Of a stretch of DNA of 42,397 nucleotides, positions 1 through 12,016 are shown piece by piece. Numbering within the stretch: the stretch's first letter is position 1; each line of letters begins with the position of its first letter. The translations under genes and the position numbers were made by a program. This stretch comes from Chiloscyllium plagiosum (Eukaryota), in NCBI RefSeq assembly GCF_004010195.1, contig NC_057750.1, forward strand, positions 14,810,809-14,853,205, written 5' to 3'. The notes below the pieces were generated by a model. The model searched no databases, was not told the DNA's origin, and saw only the letters and a program-made list of their open reading frames with translations.

Positions 1-195
1 ACGCCCCTCCCCCAAGTCCCTCCTCCCTACCTTTTATCTTAGCCTGCTGGACACACTTTCCTCATTCCTGAAGAAGGGCGAATGCCCGAAACGTCGATTC
101 TCCTGTTCCTTGGATGCTGCCTGACCTGCTGCGCTTTTCCAGCAACACATTTTCAGCTCTGATCTCCAGAATCTGCAGTCCTCACTTTCTCCTCG
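1..195 (+). mobile_element. Penelope-like element terminal repeat with hammerhead-like core at 68-95
   Basis: CTGAAGA-A-GGGC-GAAT-GCCC-GAAA-CGTC followed by gatgctgcctgacctgctgcgcttttccagc; many related copies in the window. Confidence 0.7.
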
Positions 196-204
196 AAGAT
201 GTCC

Positions 205-1545
205 CTAATTAAGCCATGCCTTTCTAAATGCATGTAAATCCTATCATGAAGATTGGTTCCCAACCATCGATGTGAGACTCACTGGTCTATGGTTTCCTGG
301 ATTATCCCTATTTCTCTTCTTGAATAGAGGAACAACATTAGCTGCTTGCCAGTCCTCTGGGACCTCTCCAGTGGGTAGCAAGGCTACAAAGACCTTTAAC
401 CTGATCTTGGTCAAGGCTCTAGCAATCTTTTCTCTTGCCTCTCTCAATAAGCTAGGGTAGATACCATCGCGCCCTGGTGACATATCCACCTTAATGTTCT
501 TCAAGAGATCCAACACCACTTCTTTCTTGATCTCAAAAAGCCCTGGCTTATTAGCACGCTCCACACTAATCTCACCACCTTCCAAGTCCTTCTCCTGCAT
601 AAATATCGATGGAAAGTACTCATTTAGGATCTCGCCCAGATCCTCTGCCTCTAAGCACAAGTTCCCTTCGTGGTCCTACCCTCTCCTTAGTTAGTATCTT
701 GTTTTTTTAATGAACGTATAGAATGCCTTGGGATTTTCTTTAACCATACTTGCCAAGGTCATTTTATGGGCCCTTCTTGTTCTCCTAATTACCTGCTTGA
801 GCTCTTTCCTGCTTTCTTTATATTCTTCACAGGCCCTGTCAGATTTTAGCTTACTAAATCTTACAAATTTGACCAAATTTACAACCTCCCTCATTATCCA
901 AGGATCCCTTATCATGACATACTTGCCATTCTTCCATACTAGATGATGCTGGTCCTGAACTCTGATCAGTAGGTCTTTAAACAATTTCCACATGTCAAAT
1001 GTGGACTTGCCTGATAACATCTCCACCCAATTAATACTCCCTAGCTCTTGCCTAATACTGATATAATTCACCTTCCTCGCGTTCTCGTTCCTTCCCCCAA
1101 GGTCCTAACTTATTCTTATCTTGAAACTTAAAGAGTTGTAATCACTGTTGCTCTCCCACTGAAAGATCAGTCACCTGGCCAGGCTCATTGGCCAATACAA
1201 GGTCCAGTATGGCCCCTCCTCTCATTGCAATATCCATATACCGTTTCAAGAAAACCTCTTGGATGCACTAACAGATTCTGCCCCAGCTAAGCCTCTTGCT
1301 CTCAGGAAGTCCCAGTCAATATTGGGAAAGTCAAAGTAACCCACTATGACAACCCTGTCGTTGTTGCATCTTTCCATAATCTGCAGACATATTTTATCCT
1401 CAATGTCTCGGTGCTGTTGGTGGGGGGTTGGGGAGGGGCCTATTCCCATCAGAGTGATTGCACTCATGTTATTTTTGAGCTCTACCCATATTGCCTCAGT
1501 GAATGGGCCCTCCAGTATGTCCTCGGAGTGCAGATGTGACATTCC
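205..1545 (-). mobile_element. Decayed CR1 LINE ORF2 (endonuclease to pre-RT region)
   Basis: ORF fragments EAIWVELKN, VVIVGYFDFPNIDW, KENPKAFYTFIK, PGRDGIYPSLLREA, VPEDWQAANVVPLFKK..NPGNHRPVSLTS, broken by frameshifts. Confidence 0.9.
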
Positions 1546-1799
1546 CCCTGGTGAGTGACACAGCTCCTCCATTTATGAACATAAATATTAAATATTAATC
1601 CAACTCACAATTGCAATGTGGAGTTTGCTTCAAATGTCTCAATGAAGTTCTGCCTTTTCTCAAAATCCCTCAAGTTAAAAATGGTGATAGGAGAGTGTGC
1701 TGTATTGGTGGTCACATTTTACATGTTTTAAGGAATAAACACCCCTCTCCTAATTGTAGATGGAATTGTGTTTACAAGTGGGGTTTCACTTGTGTATCT

Positions 1800-3364
1800 A
1801 TAGAAACATGGAGAATAGAAGCAGGAATAGACCATTCAGCCCTTTGAGCCTTCTCCATCTTTCAATATGATCATGGCTGATCATCCATCCATCTCATTAC
1901 CCTGTTCCTGGTTTCTCCTCATTCTCAAAGGATGATGTCTAACTGCTTCTTGTAAACATTTTGGCTTCAACCACTTGCTGCAGAGAATTGCCTGGGCGCA
2001 GTGCTCTCTAAATGAAGACAATTCTCCTCATCTCAGACCTGAATGGCCTACCCTATCATTTCAATTATGACGCCGGGTTCTGGACTGCCCAGTCATCAGA
2101 ACAGCCTTCCTGCGTTTACCTTGTCCAGTTCCGGTCGAATTTTATAGCTTTCTATGAGATCCCCCTCATTCTTCTAGTGAATATAGTCCTAACTAGTCCA
2201 ATCACTCCTCAGTCTTGACATCCCAGAATCAATCTGGTAAACTTTTGTTGCACTCCCTCTATAGCCAGAACACCCTTCCTCAGATGAGGAAATCAAGCCT
2301 ACACACAACTTTCCAGCTGTGGTCTCAACAAGGCCCTGTTTAATTGCAGTAAGACATCCCTGCTCCCGTACTTGAATCCTTTCCCTGTGAAGGATAACAT
2401 GTACAGTTTGCAACTGCATGTTTACCCTCAGCGACTGGTGTACAAGGACACCCAGGTTTTATTGCATCTTCCCCTTTCCTAATCTATCACCATTCTGTTA
2501 ATAATAACCTTCCTGTTTTTGCTACCAAACAGGTAACCCATATTTACCCACATTATACTCCATCTTCCATGCATTTGCCCTCCCACTCAATTTGTCCAAA
2601 TCACACCAGGCATCTCTGCATGTTCACAGTCCACCCTCCCACCTACTTTACGTCACAAGCGAACTTGGAAATATTAACCTTCATCTAAATCATGAATATA
2701 CATTGTGAACAGCTGGAATGCAAGCATTGATCCCAGCGGTATCCCAGTAGTCACTGGCTGCCAGTAGGAAAAAGACCTGTTTATTCCTACCTTTGTTTCC
2801 TGCCTACCAATCAATTACCTTCACAACCACATCACAACCCCCAATCCCATGCACTTTGATTTTACATGCTAATCTCTTATTGTGGGACCTCATCAAAAGC
2901 CTTCTGAAAGTCCAAATAAACTACATGCACTGGCTTCCCTGATCACCTCTATGAGTTACATCCTCAAACAATTCCAGTAGATTTGTCAAACATAATTCCT
3001 TTTGTAAACCCATGCCGATTTTGTCCAGTCCGGTCACTGGTTTCCAAGTGTTTAGTTATTATTCTTTCATGATGGAGTCTAACATTTACCCCAATACCGA
3101 TGTCAGGCTGACTGGTCCATAATTCAGTTTTCTCTCTATCTCCTTTTTAAATTGAGAGGTTACATCGGCAACTATCCAATCTTAGAAACTGTTCCAAAGT
3201 CTATAGAATCCTGGAGGATGACCCCCAATGCATCCACTGTTTCTAGGGCCACTTCCTTAAATACTCTGAAACTATCAGAATCTGGGGATTTATCGGCCTT
3301 CAATCCATCAATTTCCCCAACACCATTTCTTGACTAATATTGATTTCCTTCACTTCTTTCTTCT
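1800..3364 (-). mobile_element. Old CR1 LINE, 3' UTR and RT region
   Basis: CR1 3' tail (tagaaacatggagaatagaagcaggaatagaccattcagccc) and degenerate RT sequence; resumes after the LTR at 4031. Confidence 0.8.
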
Positions 3365-4030
3365 TGTTATGAAGTTGTGGGTGTACCTTTAAGAGAGTTA
3401 AAAGCAGCAGAACTACTGGACACAGCACCAAGTGTTCTCAATAAGGCAAAAATGTAACACTTGGTTGAACAACTCAATTAACTCATTGCCTGGAGACAAA
3501 AACAAATTCAAATTCGGCCAATCAGTTTAAATTATACCCAGAAAAAAAAAGTTCCAAATCAGTTGGAATTGAGTATATTGACAACGACACACTCTGATGC
3601 TCTGGGGTATAAGACAGAGGGAAAATTGAACAGTTGAGAGGAGAACTGACAAACCCAGCATGTAAACAGACAGTTTGAAAAAAATCTCTCTTAAAAGTAC
3701 CTTTTCGATCAGTAATCTGTGACGCAGAAATTCCTAACAAGGGGAAAAGAAGATCCGAAGACAGGCTGCCTGGTTTTGAATAAGAAGTGTTGTTTTGTAA
3801 ATCTTAATTGTGAGTTTTATCAGACTAGTATTATAGAAGGAAAGGTAAATGATAGGTTCGAGAAAAAAACTGTAAGTAGTGGTTAGTTAATTATTCTCTG
3901 TTATATTTTAAGAAATAAAGTTGTTAATTTTATTTTAAATAGTCCTTGGCATCTCGGATTTTTATAGATAACTGCATGGGGTAAATCTTTTCTGCATTGC
4001 TGGTTTTAAATTAAGCAGGAGGGTTTACCA
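3365..4030 (+). mobile_element. Solo LTR, 666 bp
   Basis: TG...CA termini, 4-bp TSD TTCT (3361-3364 and 4031-4034), AATAAA at 3914-3919; interrupts a CR1. Confidence 0.8.
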
Positions 4031-4185
4031 TTCTCACTAGAGTCTGTGTTTGCCAAAGTGTTTATGACATTATTTATGTACTCCCTTGTGAACAAAGAAG
4101 CAAAGTATATATTTAGTTAGTCTGATATTTCTTTGTTCCCCATTATAAATTCCCCATTTCTGACTGCAAAGGGGCTTACAGTTGT

Positions 4186-4565
4186 CGTAGAGTCATAGAG
4201 ATGTACAGCATGGAAACAGACCCTTCGATCCAACCGGCGTTTGGTATACTTTCCTTTATTGGTCAGAGTATTGCGTACAGGAGTTGGGAGGTCATGTTGC
4301 GACTGTACAGGACGTTGGTTAGGCCACTGTTGGAATATTGTGTGCAATTCTGGTCTCCTTCTTATTGGAAAGATGTTGTGAAACTTGAAAGGGTTCAGAA
4401 AGATTCACAAGGATGTTGCCAGGGTTGGAGGATTTGAGCTACAGGGAGAGGCTGAACAGACTGGGGCTGTTTTCCCTGGAGTGGCGGAGGCTGAGGGGTG
4501 ACCTTATAGAGGTTTACAAAATTATGAGGGGCATAGATAGGGTAAATAGGAAAAGTCTTTTCCCT
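4186..4565. mobile_element. Younger CR1 fragment with internal inversion
   Basis: Minus-strand 3' tail at 4186-4235 joined to plus-strand LYRTLVRPLLEYCVQFWSP...LGLFSLEWRRLRGDLIEVYKIM. Confidence 0.8.
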
Positions 4566-4778
4566 GCTTCATTAATATTTTTTTTCTTCACAAAGCTGTA
4601 GAAGTTTGACAATCGGTTTGTATGTTGTTTGCAAGCTTACTTGTGTAGGCTGTTGTCCCTGTCTTAATCAACCCATTTGTCCTCCTTTGCTGAAATCTAA
4701 ACTGCACCCAATCCTCGGGTCTGCTGCTTTTCTCTTGGCCAATTTTTATGCCCCTTCTTTGGGTATAATAGTATCCTT

Positions 4779-4907
4779 GAGGAGAAAGTGAGGGCTGCAG
4801 ATGCTGGAGATCAGAGCTGAAAATGTGTTGCTGGAAAAGCGCAGCAGGTCAGGCAGCATCCAAGGAGCAGGAGAATCGACGTTTTGGGCATAAGCCCTTC
4901 TTCAGGA
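4779..4907 (-). mobile_element. Penelope-like terminal repeat
   Basis: Reverse complement of about 66-195; TSD AGTATCCTT at 4770-4778 and 4908-4916. Confidence 0.75.
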
Positions 4908-4996
4908 AGTATCCTTAACTTAACTTGTCAGCCACTGTTGGGCCACCTTTTTAGTTTTGTGATGGAGAAGAATGAATAATTTCCTGAATGAATAGT

Positions 4997-5083
4997 TTCC
5001 TGATAAAGAGCTTATGCCCGAAACGTCGATTCTCCTGCTCCTCGGTTGCTGCCTGACCTGCTTCGCCAGCACCACACTCTCAA
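4997..5083 (+). mobile_element. Penelope-like terminal repeat, degenerate
   Basis: ttcctgataaagagcttatgcccgaaacgtcg...; flanking direct repeat ATGAATAATT at 4972-4981 and 5090-5099. Confidence 0.7.
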
Positions 5084-5699
5084 TGGGGCATGAATAATTG
5101 TTGTGGTTCCACTGTGCACTTTTTAAATGTTTGCCATTGCCTATCCATCAGCATTCCTTTAAGTGATGTTTCCCAACTTATTATGTCCAGCTTGTGCCTT
5201 GCACCATCGTGATTTCTTTTATTTCAATTCGTGACCCTAGTCTCAGAATAAATTATGTCAATCTCTATTTTATTGAAAAGCTCTATCATATTATGGTCAG
5301 TCTTCCCTCAGGGGCCTCACACAGATAGACTGACAGTTGTTCCTTTCTGATTACACAATACTCAGTCTAGGATAGCCTAGTTCCTCAATATATTGATCCT
5401 GAAAACAATCCCATACATATTCCTCTTCAGATTACCAATTTGATTTGTCCAATCTGTGTGCAGGAGATCACCCATAGTTACACCTCTCTCTTTATTATTT
5501 TTGTCTCACATTTCCTATTTAACTCATTCCCCAACTTTACTACACTTTCAGAGTCTGGATAAAACCACTATTGTTTGCTGCCAGTTGGAGTTTTTAAGCT
5601 CCACTCATACAGATTCCACTTCACCAGATCTAATGTCTTTCCTCACTATTGTGTTAATCTCCTCTTTAGCAAGGAGTGCTATCTATCTCTTTTTCTTTA

Positions 5700-6361
5700 A
5701 TTCATTCATGGTGTTAAGGGCATCGTTGGCTAGGCCAGCAGTTATTATCCATCTCTAATTGTCCAGAGGGCAGTTAAGAGTCAACCACCTCACTGTGGGT
5801 CTGGAGTCATATGTAGGAGAAAGTGAGGACTGCAGATGCTGGAGATCAGAGCCGAAAAATGTGTTTCTGGAAAAGCGCAGGTCAGGCAACATCCAAGGAG
5901 CAGGAGAATCAACGTTTCGGGCATAAGCCCTTCTTCAGGAAGCCATTTTAAAAGTTGGACCTAATATCTCACGATTGCTACCAGTGCCACATGCTGGTCA
6001 GAGTAGTAGGAGCCTCTATTCCTGATGAAGGGCTTTTGCCCGAAACGTCGATTTTCCTGCTCCTCAGATGCTGCCTGACCTGCTGCGCTTTTCCAGCAAC
6101 ACATTTTTCAGCTGGAGTCATATGTAGGCCAGACCAGGTAAGAGTGGCAGTTTCCTTCCCTAAGTTCATTAGTTAAACAGATGTGTTTTCCCCAACAATC
6201 AACGATGGCTTCAAGGTCACCATTACATGCTTAATTCTACATTTTTATTGAATTCAAATTCTAGTATTTGCCGTCTCCGGATTTGAACCTGGATCCCCAG
6301 AACATTACCAGGGTCTCTGGAACAACAGTCCAGCGGTAATACCATGAGGCCGTCATCTCCC
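5700..6361 (-). mobile_element. tRNA-headed SINE (called family B here), interrupted by a Penelope insertion
   Basis: B-box-like GGTTCAAATCC on the minus strand near 6280-6290; body and tail shared with 24640-24935 and 30803-31155. Confidence 0.75.
5818..6111. mobile_element. Composite inverted Penelope-like insertion
   Basis: 17-bp TSD CTGGAGTCATATGTAGG at 5801-5817 and 6112-6128; two opposed arms plus filler sequence. Confidence 0.8.
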
Positions 6362-6842
6362 CGAAAATCTCATTTTCCTAAAAACTGATTGCCCCGGATA
6401 TTCCGTTCCCATCCTTTGTAACCCTGCAGCCATGTCTCTATAATCCCAATAATATCATATTTGTGTGAACAGTTCATTCACTGATTGAGCAAGCTCCACA
6501 CATTGAGACACGAGGCAATAGGGCTTAACTTTTTAACTTGCTCAATCCCATTCACATTAGTTTGAGCTTTAGCCCTGTTTGATTCTTCCCCTTGAATTCT
6601 CCGCCTGTCACTTTTCTTATTTCCCATTCTGTTTTTGGTTTCTTCTCTTCTGTTTCCCTGTATAAATTCACATTCTCCTACGTTTTAGTTTGAATACTCT
6701 CACAAGCAAACACTGTCCCTCGGACCTCAGTTCCAGTCCTGCTCAGATGCAACTAGTCCCACCATCCCCAGAACAGTCCCAGTGTCCCAGGAATCTGATC
6801 TCCCTCATACCATCTCTCCAGTCACGTGCTCTTTCTACTCTG

Positions 6843-6938
6843 GGTTAGAGTGGTGCTGGAAAAGCACGACAGTTCAGGCAGCATCTGAGGAGCAGGAAAA
6901 TCGACGTTTCGGGCAAAAGCCCTTCTTCAGGAATAGAG
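6843..6938 (-). mobile_element. Penelope-like terminal repeat
   Basis: 15-bp TSD GCTCTTTCTACTCTG at 6828-6842 and 6939-6953; intact core at 6903-6930. Confidence 0.8.
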
Positions 6939-7304
6939 GCTCTTTCTACTCTGACCAGCACATGGCACTGGTAGCAATCCTGAGATATTAGGTCCAACTT
7001 TTAAACTTACTTATTAATTTCCTATATTCTGTTTTTACGTAAAAACAAAGTGTGAGATGCTATGTTGTTGGTACATGGTCTTATAAATAGCAACAGACTG
7101 TAATTGGGATTGTAAGTCATCGGATGCTTGTCTTGTGTAACTCTGTAAATAATTGCTTATAAAAGCTTGCAAAAATTGGTTTCAGTTGTGTCCTCCATCA
7201 TTTAGCTTTCTGGAGCTTTCTAAAGTTCAACACCTCCAATCTCCCCTTGTCAATATCAAGGCAATGCGGTTCACACCAATTTCATGCTACAACTGCTTAC
7301 TTAC

Positions 7305-7509
7305 AGTGACGTGTTCGAAGTCTTGTCCAAGTTCTGGTGATGCCGCTATTACCTCTCGCTCTGCAATCCACTGCTCCAGCTCATCGACCTCTCGGTTTAA
7401 CTGGAAGAGCCAGTAATATTGCTCCAGCTTGCTTTTCCGTTCCTCAGCGAGGTCCTTCAGGCTCACGTACAGGCGGTCAATTTGAGATTGCTGTTTGCTG
7501 ATCTGCTCG
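7305..7509 (-). CDS. SPTBN4: Beta-spectrin exon, 205 nt, end of repeat 13 and start of repeat 14
   Basis: ggtacag|C GAG ... ACT|gtaagt; phase 2 matches the previous exon. Encodes (S)[68 protein letters not shown]. Confidence 0.92.
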
Positions 7510-7589
7510 CTGTACCAGAAACACACAGTTAGTATGACATGTCATGGCCATTGCAACAAAGTAAAACCCAGACAAAGCACTTTCTCATC

Positions 7590-8225
7590 TTGGGACCTCG
7601 AGGTTCACATGCAGGTGGCCAGGAACGTTGAAATAGTTGTTTCAAGGCTTATAGGAACCTTGGGTTTATAAACAGAGGCACAGACTATAAAAGCAAGGAA
7701 GTGATGCCTCATCTCAACAGATCATTGGTCAGATCACGTTTCGAGTATTGTGTTCAGGTCTGGGCACCTAAAAGGAGATTTACTAGAATGGTACCAGGAA
7801 TGAGGGATTTTAGATACAAGTAAATATTGAGAAATTGGACTTGTTCTCCTTGGAGCAGTGAAGATTAAGAGGTGACCTTATTGAGGTGACCAAAATTATG
7901 ACTAATTTTGACAGGGTAAAGAAGGATATTTTGGTATGTCAGTAACTCGGGGTCACAATTTTAGGCTTGTCAGCAAGAGACGTAGGAGTGAGATGAGGAG
8001 AAACCTTTTTACTCAGAGTTAGCATTTGGAATATGCTGTCTGGAGGTGGATTCCACAGGAAGTTCCAAAACAAAGAGATGAATGTAATTTGAAAGTGATG
8101 AATTTAGACGGCTACAGAGATAGGGCTGGGCAACGGGACTAGCTCGGTTGCTCTTTCAGGAGCTAGTACAGACACGATGGGTCAAATAGCCTCCTTCTGT
8201 ATTGTAAAATTCTACAATTCTCTAA
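7590..8225 (+). mobile_element. CR1 LINE 3' fragment
   Basis: Degenerate EYCVQVWAP and RLRGDLIEV motifs, ending in an attcta-type tail. Confidence 0.75.
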
Positions 8226-8889
8226 GTCTCATCAACATAGAGCTTACTGTCAAACAACAGTCCCAAGAAATACCAAGACAAACATCTGAAATAGGAGCCG
8301 AAGTAGACCATTCAGCCCCTTGAACCTGCTCTACCATGCAATAAGATCAGTGGATCACTGTGGTGTAGAAGGAGGTAATTTGGCCTATCATGCTGCAACA
8401 GCTCTATTATCTAGACCACCTCTGTTATCTATAATCTCCTGCCCTTTCCCCAATTCTCTGCACACTAATTCTATCAAAAGCAAACCAACCAATGCCCTCT
8501 TGAATGGCTCAACGGAAGTCTCCTCCACCACTTTTCCAGGTAGGGCATTCCAACGTTCACTGTTTTTTTTCTCACATTACCCTTGTTTTGTTTCCACCTC
8601 ATGTTAAATCACGGCTGATCTGTTTGTGCTACACATTCCACATTTCCATCTAGCTATGATCTTCTGCCTGTTCACCCACAGCGACAGAATCGCCAGAGAA
8701 CCTCCTACAGGTACAGACCATTTTACCCATCGTCACTCTTTGCTTGAGCCATCTGAAGTTAATCCGACTCCTTCGGCCACCTGCATGCACACTGTGGTGC
8801 AGTGGTACTCTCCTCCCCAATCTCTGAGCAAGTCGGTCCAGCATCATGATCCATCAAAGTACATCCTGACAAGAATCTATCCACTGAGA

Positions 8890-9480
8890 GTTAGAGAATC
8901 ACAGAGTATTATAGCACACAAAGAGGCCTTTCAGTCCAGCGTGTCTGTGCTCACCACTAACTCCATTTTCCAGCACTTGGCCTGTAGCTTTGGACACGAT
9001 GACATGTCAAGTATTCATCAAAATACTTCCTAAATATTGTAGTGGTTCCTGCCTTTACTACCCTTTCAGGCAGTGAGTTCCAGATACCCACCACCGACTG
9101 GATGAAAACCTATTTCCTTAAATTCTCTCTAAACCTCCCAGTCACCTTAAATCTATGCCCCCGATTACTGACTTCTCTACGATTGGGAAACATTTCTCCC
9201 TATCTATGGCCTTCAGAATTTAGTACATCTCAGTCAAGTCCCCCCTCAGCTTTCTCTGCTCAGAAGAAACAACCCATATTTATCTGGTCTCTCCTCAAAG
9301 CTGAATCACTCAAGGTAACATCCTGGTCAATCTCCTCTGCAAACCTCCAGTGCAAACACATCCTTCCTATAGAATGGTACCAGTACTGCATATAGTACTC
9401 TAGCTGTGGTCTAAATAACGTCTCTACGACTCCATCGTAACCTCCTTGTTCCTGTTTTCAATACCTCAGTTAATAAAGCC
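8890..9480 (-). mobile_element. CR1 LINE 3' fragment
   Basis: 3' tail agaatcacaga...gaggcctttcagtccagc followed by C-terminal ORF2 remnants. Confidence 0.65.
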
Positions 9481-10432
9481 TGTGCTCTCGCAGTGTTTTC
9501 CACCAATCCATATTAACAGGTTTAATAGATTAGCTGACAACAGAAGTTTTAAAGATGCCATATGAGAGTGTCAAACTTACGTTACCAGGCTAAGGGCTGG
9601 TAACCTGTTTGCTCTGAGTAGACAAAGTGAGACCAGAGATTTACGAAGAGAACATCTCACAAGATGTTTTAACAAGTGGAAATTAACTCTGCCATACAAA
9701 GTTAGAACAGGTCTACATCACTTATAGTCTAACATCCAGAATTGACATGAGGCAATTATGGGTAACAAAGTATAATTGAACACCTCATAGAGCACATCAA
9801 AGCATATGCCATGGATTTAGCATCAATCCCCATCAGACGATAGTGATGCAGTGGGTCATCCAACTTCATTTAAATTTCACTTTTGATGACCTGCCCTTGA
9901 AACCCTGTTATTTCACTATGGACTTCCACAAAGACTGATCAAACTCCAGCCTTTCCTGTTTCTACACTCCATTGGATTCTGGAACTGCAGTCCAGCACTT
10001 ACTCAAAGGCACAGCTCTGGCTTTTCACCGATAGCTAGCTTCACAAAGCCTGCACTGCCCCTGAGGTTTTCCCTGAGCTCCATTCTGGTTCATGTGCATC
10101 AAGCAACTCCGAAAACACCTTTCTGAGCCGTTACACCAAAGCCAGGTAATTACCCTTAGGACTTCTTCCTGAACACCAACACACTGAACTAGTCCAGTTC
10201 AGTTACCTTCTCAGCAGTGTCCAGCTAAACAGCAGAACACGCTGAACTTGGAGCCAACTTACATCTGCCTGTCTTCCATACCCAGCCTCGCTGTCCAATC
10301 CCAACTACCTACATACTGAAGTGCTCTTCATTGATCTTTGAACACTTGTGAAGGAGGTATCGAAAATTTCACACCAAGCCCCACCATTGTCCTTAAGCAA
10401 GTTTTAACGCAGCCTTCTTGCAACTATTGTAA

Positions 10433-10656
10433 AACAGCTCGTTCTGCTATAATGCACGTTTCGTCAACACAAATTTGCTGCAACATGATTGACAAATTGG
10501 GGACACTGTTTCTGAAGCATGGACTTCTAAAACGTGTGTTGGCTGTAACCTGATTACATCGACAACACTTTAAATGCTGTTTCTAAAGCATGATTTTTCT
10601 ATAATGGGGGGGTTGCACAAGAACGTAACCATCACGTTATAGAAGAACCACCTATA
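10433..10656. mobile_element. MITE, probably pogo/Tigger-like
   Basis: Imperfect terminal inverted repeats cagctcgttctgctataatg / cgttatagaagaaccaccta, about 220 bp, TA at the right end. Confidence 0.5.
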
Positions 10657-10729
10657 TCCAGTTCCCTAAATGTTACCATCCACTGCTTGCTCCCATCACA
10701 ACATGCTCCCTACATGTATCGCGGCATGT

Positions 10730-11120
10730 GACTGTGTGTGTGAATGAAACACAGAGATGCCGTGTCTAAGATATTGTGACTGTGAATATGCAAGTGAGAA
10801 TGACAGTGTAACTGTGTTTATGTGTGAGAAAGTCAGACAAAGAGATTGTGACTGATACTCTGATTTTGTGCATGTATGTATGTGAGTGAGTGTGTGTCAC
10901 CTGTGTGTGGTGTGTATGTATGTACGTGTGGGGTGTATGTGTGTGATATGAATGTGTGTGCTTTGTGTGTGGCTATTTTGTCTAATGTATGGGTATTTTG
11001 TGCGATGTGTGTGTGTGAGATTTGTATGTGTGGGCATTTTGTGTGATGTGTGTGTGGATGTTTTACATGTGTGAGTGAGAGGGTGTTTCTGTGAGTGAGT
11101 GAGTGAGAGAGAGACAGAAA
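10730..11120. repeat. Degenerate (TG)n low-complexity tract
   Basis: TG/GA dinucleotide-rich; produces spurious His/Thr ORFs. Confidence 0.9.
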
Positions 11121-11885
11121 TGGAAACATTGAGTGGCAGTGGGACCATCATGTACACTCCTGATGTTTCAGACAGTCAGATCGCTCCAGGTTCTCTCAAA
11201 AAGGCACTTGTTTTGTTTGCACAGTTCAACTGAAAACGTCATTAGTTTGTTCTCTCACTATACTCTCAGAGAAGCTAGACAGAGAACGCAGAACAACCCA
11301 TGGACTGTTTCAATTCAATCTTGATTAATATTGGGTCAATATTATTCCCCTCTGAGCATTTTCATAGAGATAACTTTTAAAAACATCTATACACCAAGAT
11401 GCAGCATGTACATTCCCAATATGAGGCCAGAATCAGAGATCCGTAAATATCTCAGAGAGTACGGTGTTTGGAGATTACAGAGATGGGACAGAGGTGGTGG
11501 AGGTTGAGTTTTAAAGTCACTGTTTTATGAATGGGAACAATTCACCATCCAGCCTGTCTTTTTCCCATTTATGATGCCATGGCAACAGATACTGAAGGGA
11601 ACCAAAACATTCTCATGTCCTCAGGGCATTGCACTGTTCTCATCGCAGCAAGTTAAACCACTCAAATCCCCTGAAAACACCCAATGGGAGGGTCACCATG
11701 CCAACATTCCTGAGAGCTGGATGGGATTTGAAAGTAGTATCACTACACGGCAAACTGCCCAGTGACCTTGATGTCACGATATTATTCGATTGTTCTCCAA
11801 TGACAGCTATTCAACTTTCTCCTCCTGCCTAAACTGGATTGAAGTCACCGCAGTCACAAGCCACACCATTTCATGGTCATTTTAC

Positions 11886-12016
11886 CTCTCCGGGTGGCCC
11901 GTGTCCAACAACATTCTACACGTCTTCGAGAGCTCACAGATGTTCTCTGCGTAATCATCAATTGTCTGCTCGAGAACGAGGTGTTTCTTCAACATCTGGA
12001 GGGAGCTCTGTTCATC
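11886..12016 (-). CDS. SPTBN4: Beta-spectrin exon, 131 nt, repeat 13 (absent from the ORF track)
   Basis: Manual translation: tgtgtag|GAT ... GAG AG|gtaaaa, phase 0/2. Encodes DEQSSLQMLKKHLVLEQTIDDYAENICELSKTCRMLLDTGHPE(S). Confidence 0.9.

Larger units (their letters stand above)
4566..7030 (-). mobile_element. Highly decayed CR1 host with nested insertions
   Basis: CR1-like residue continues between the inserted SINE and Penelope copies. Confidence 0.55.

Noticed and set aside
244..1572. Functional or domesticated RT gene
   Set aside because: Frameshifts and stops; RT core absent.
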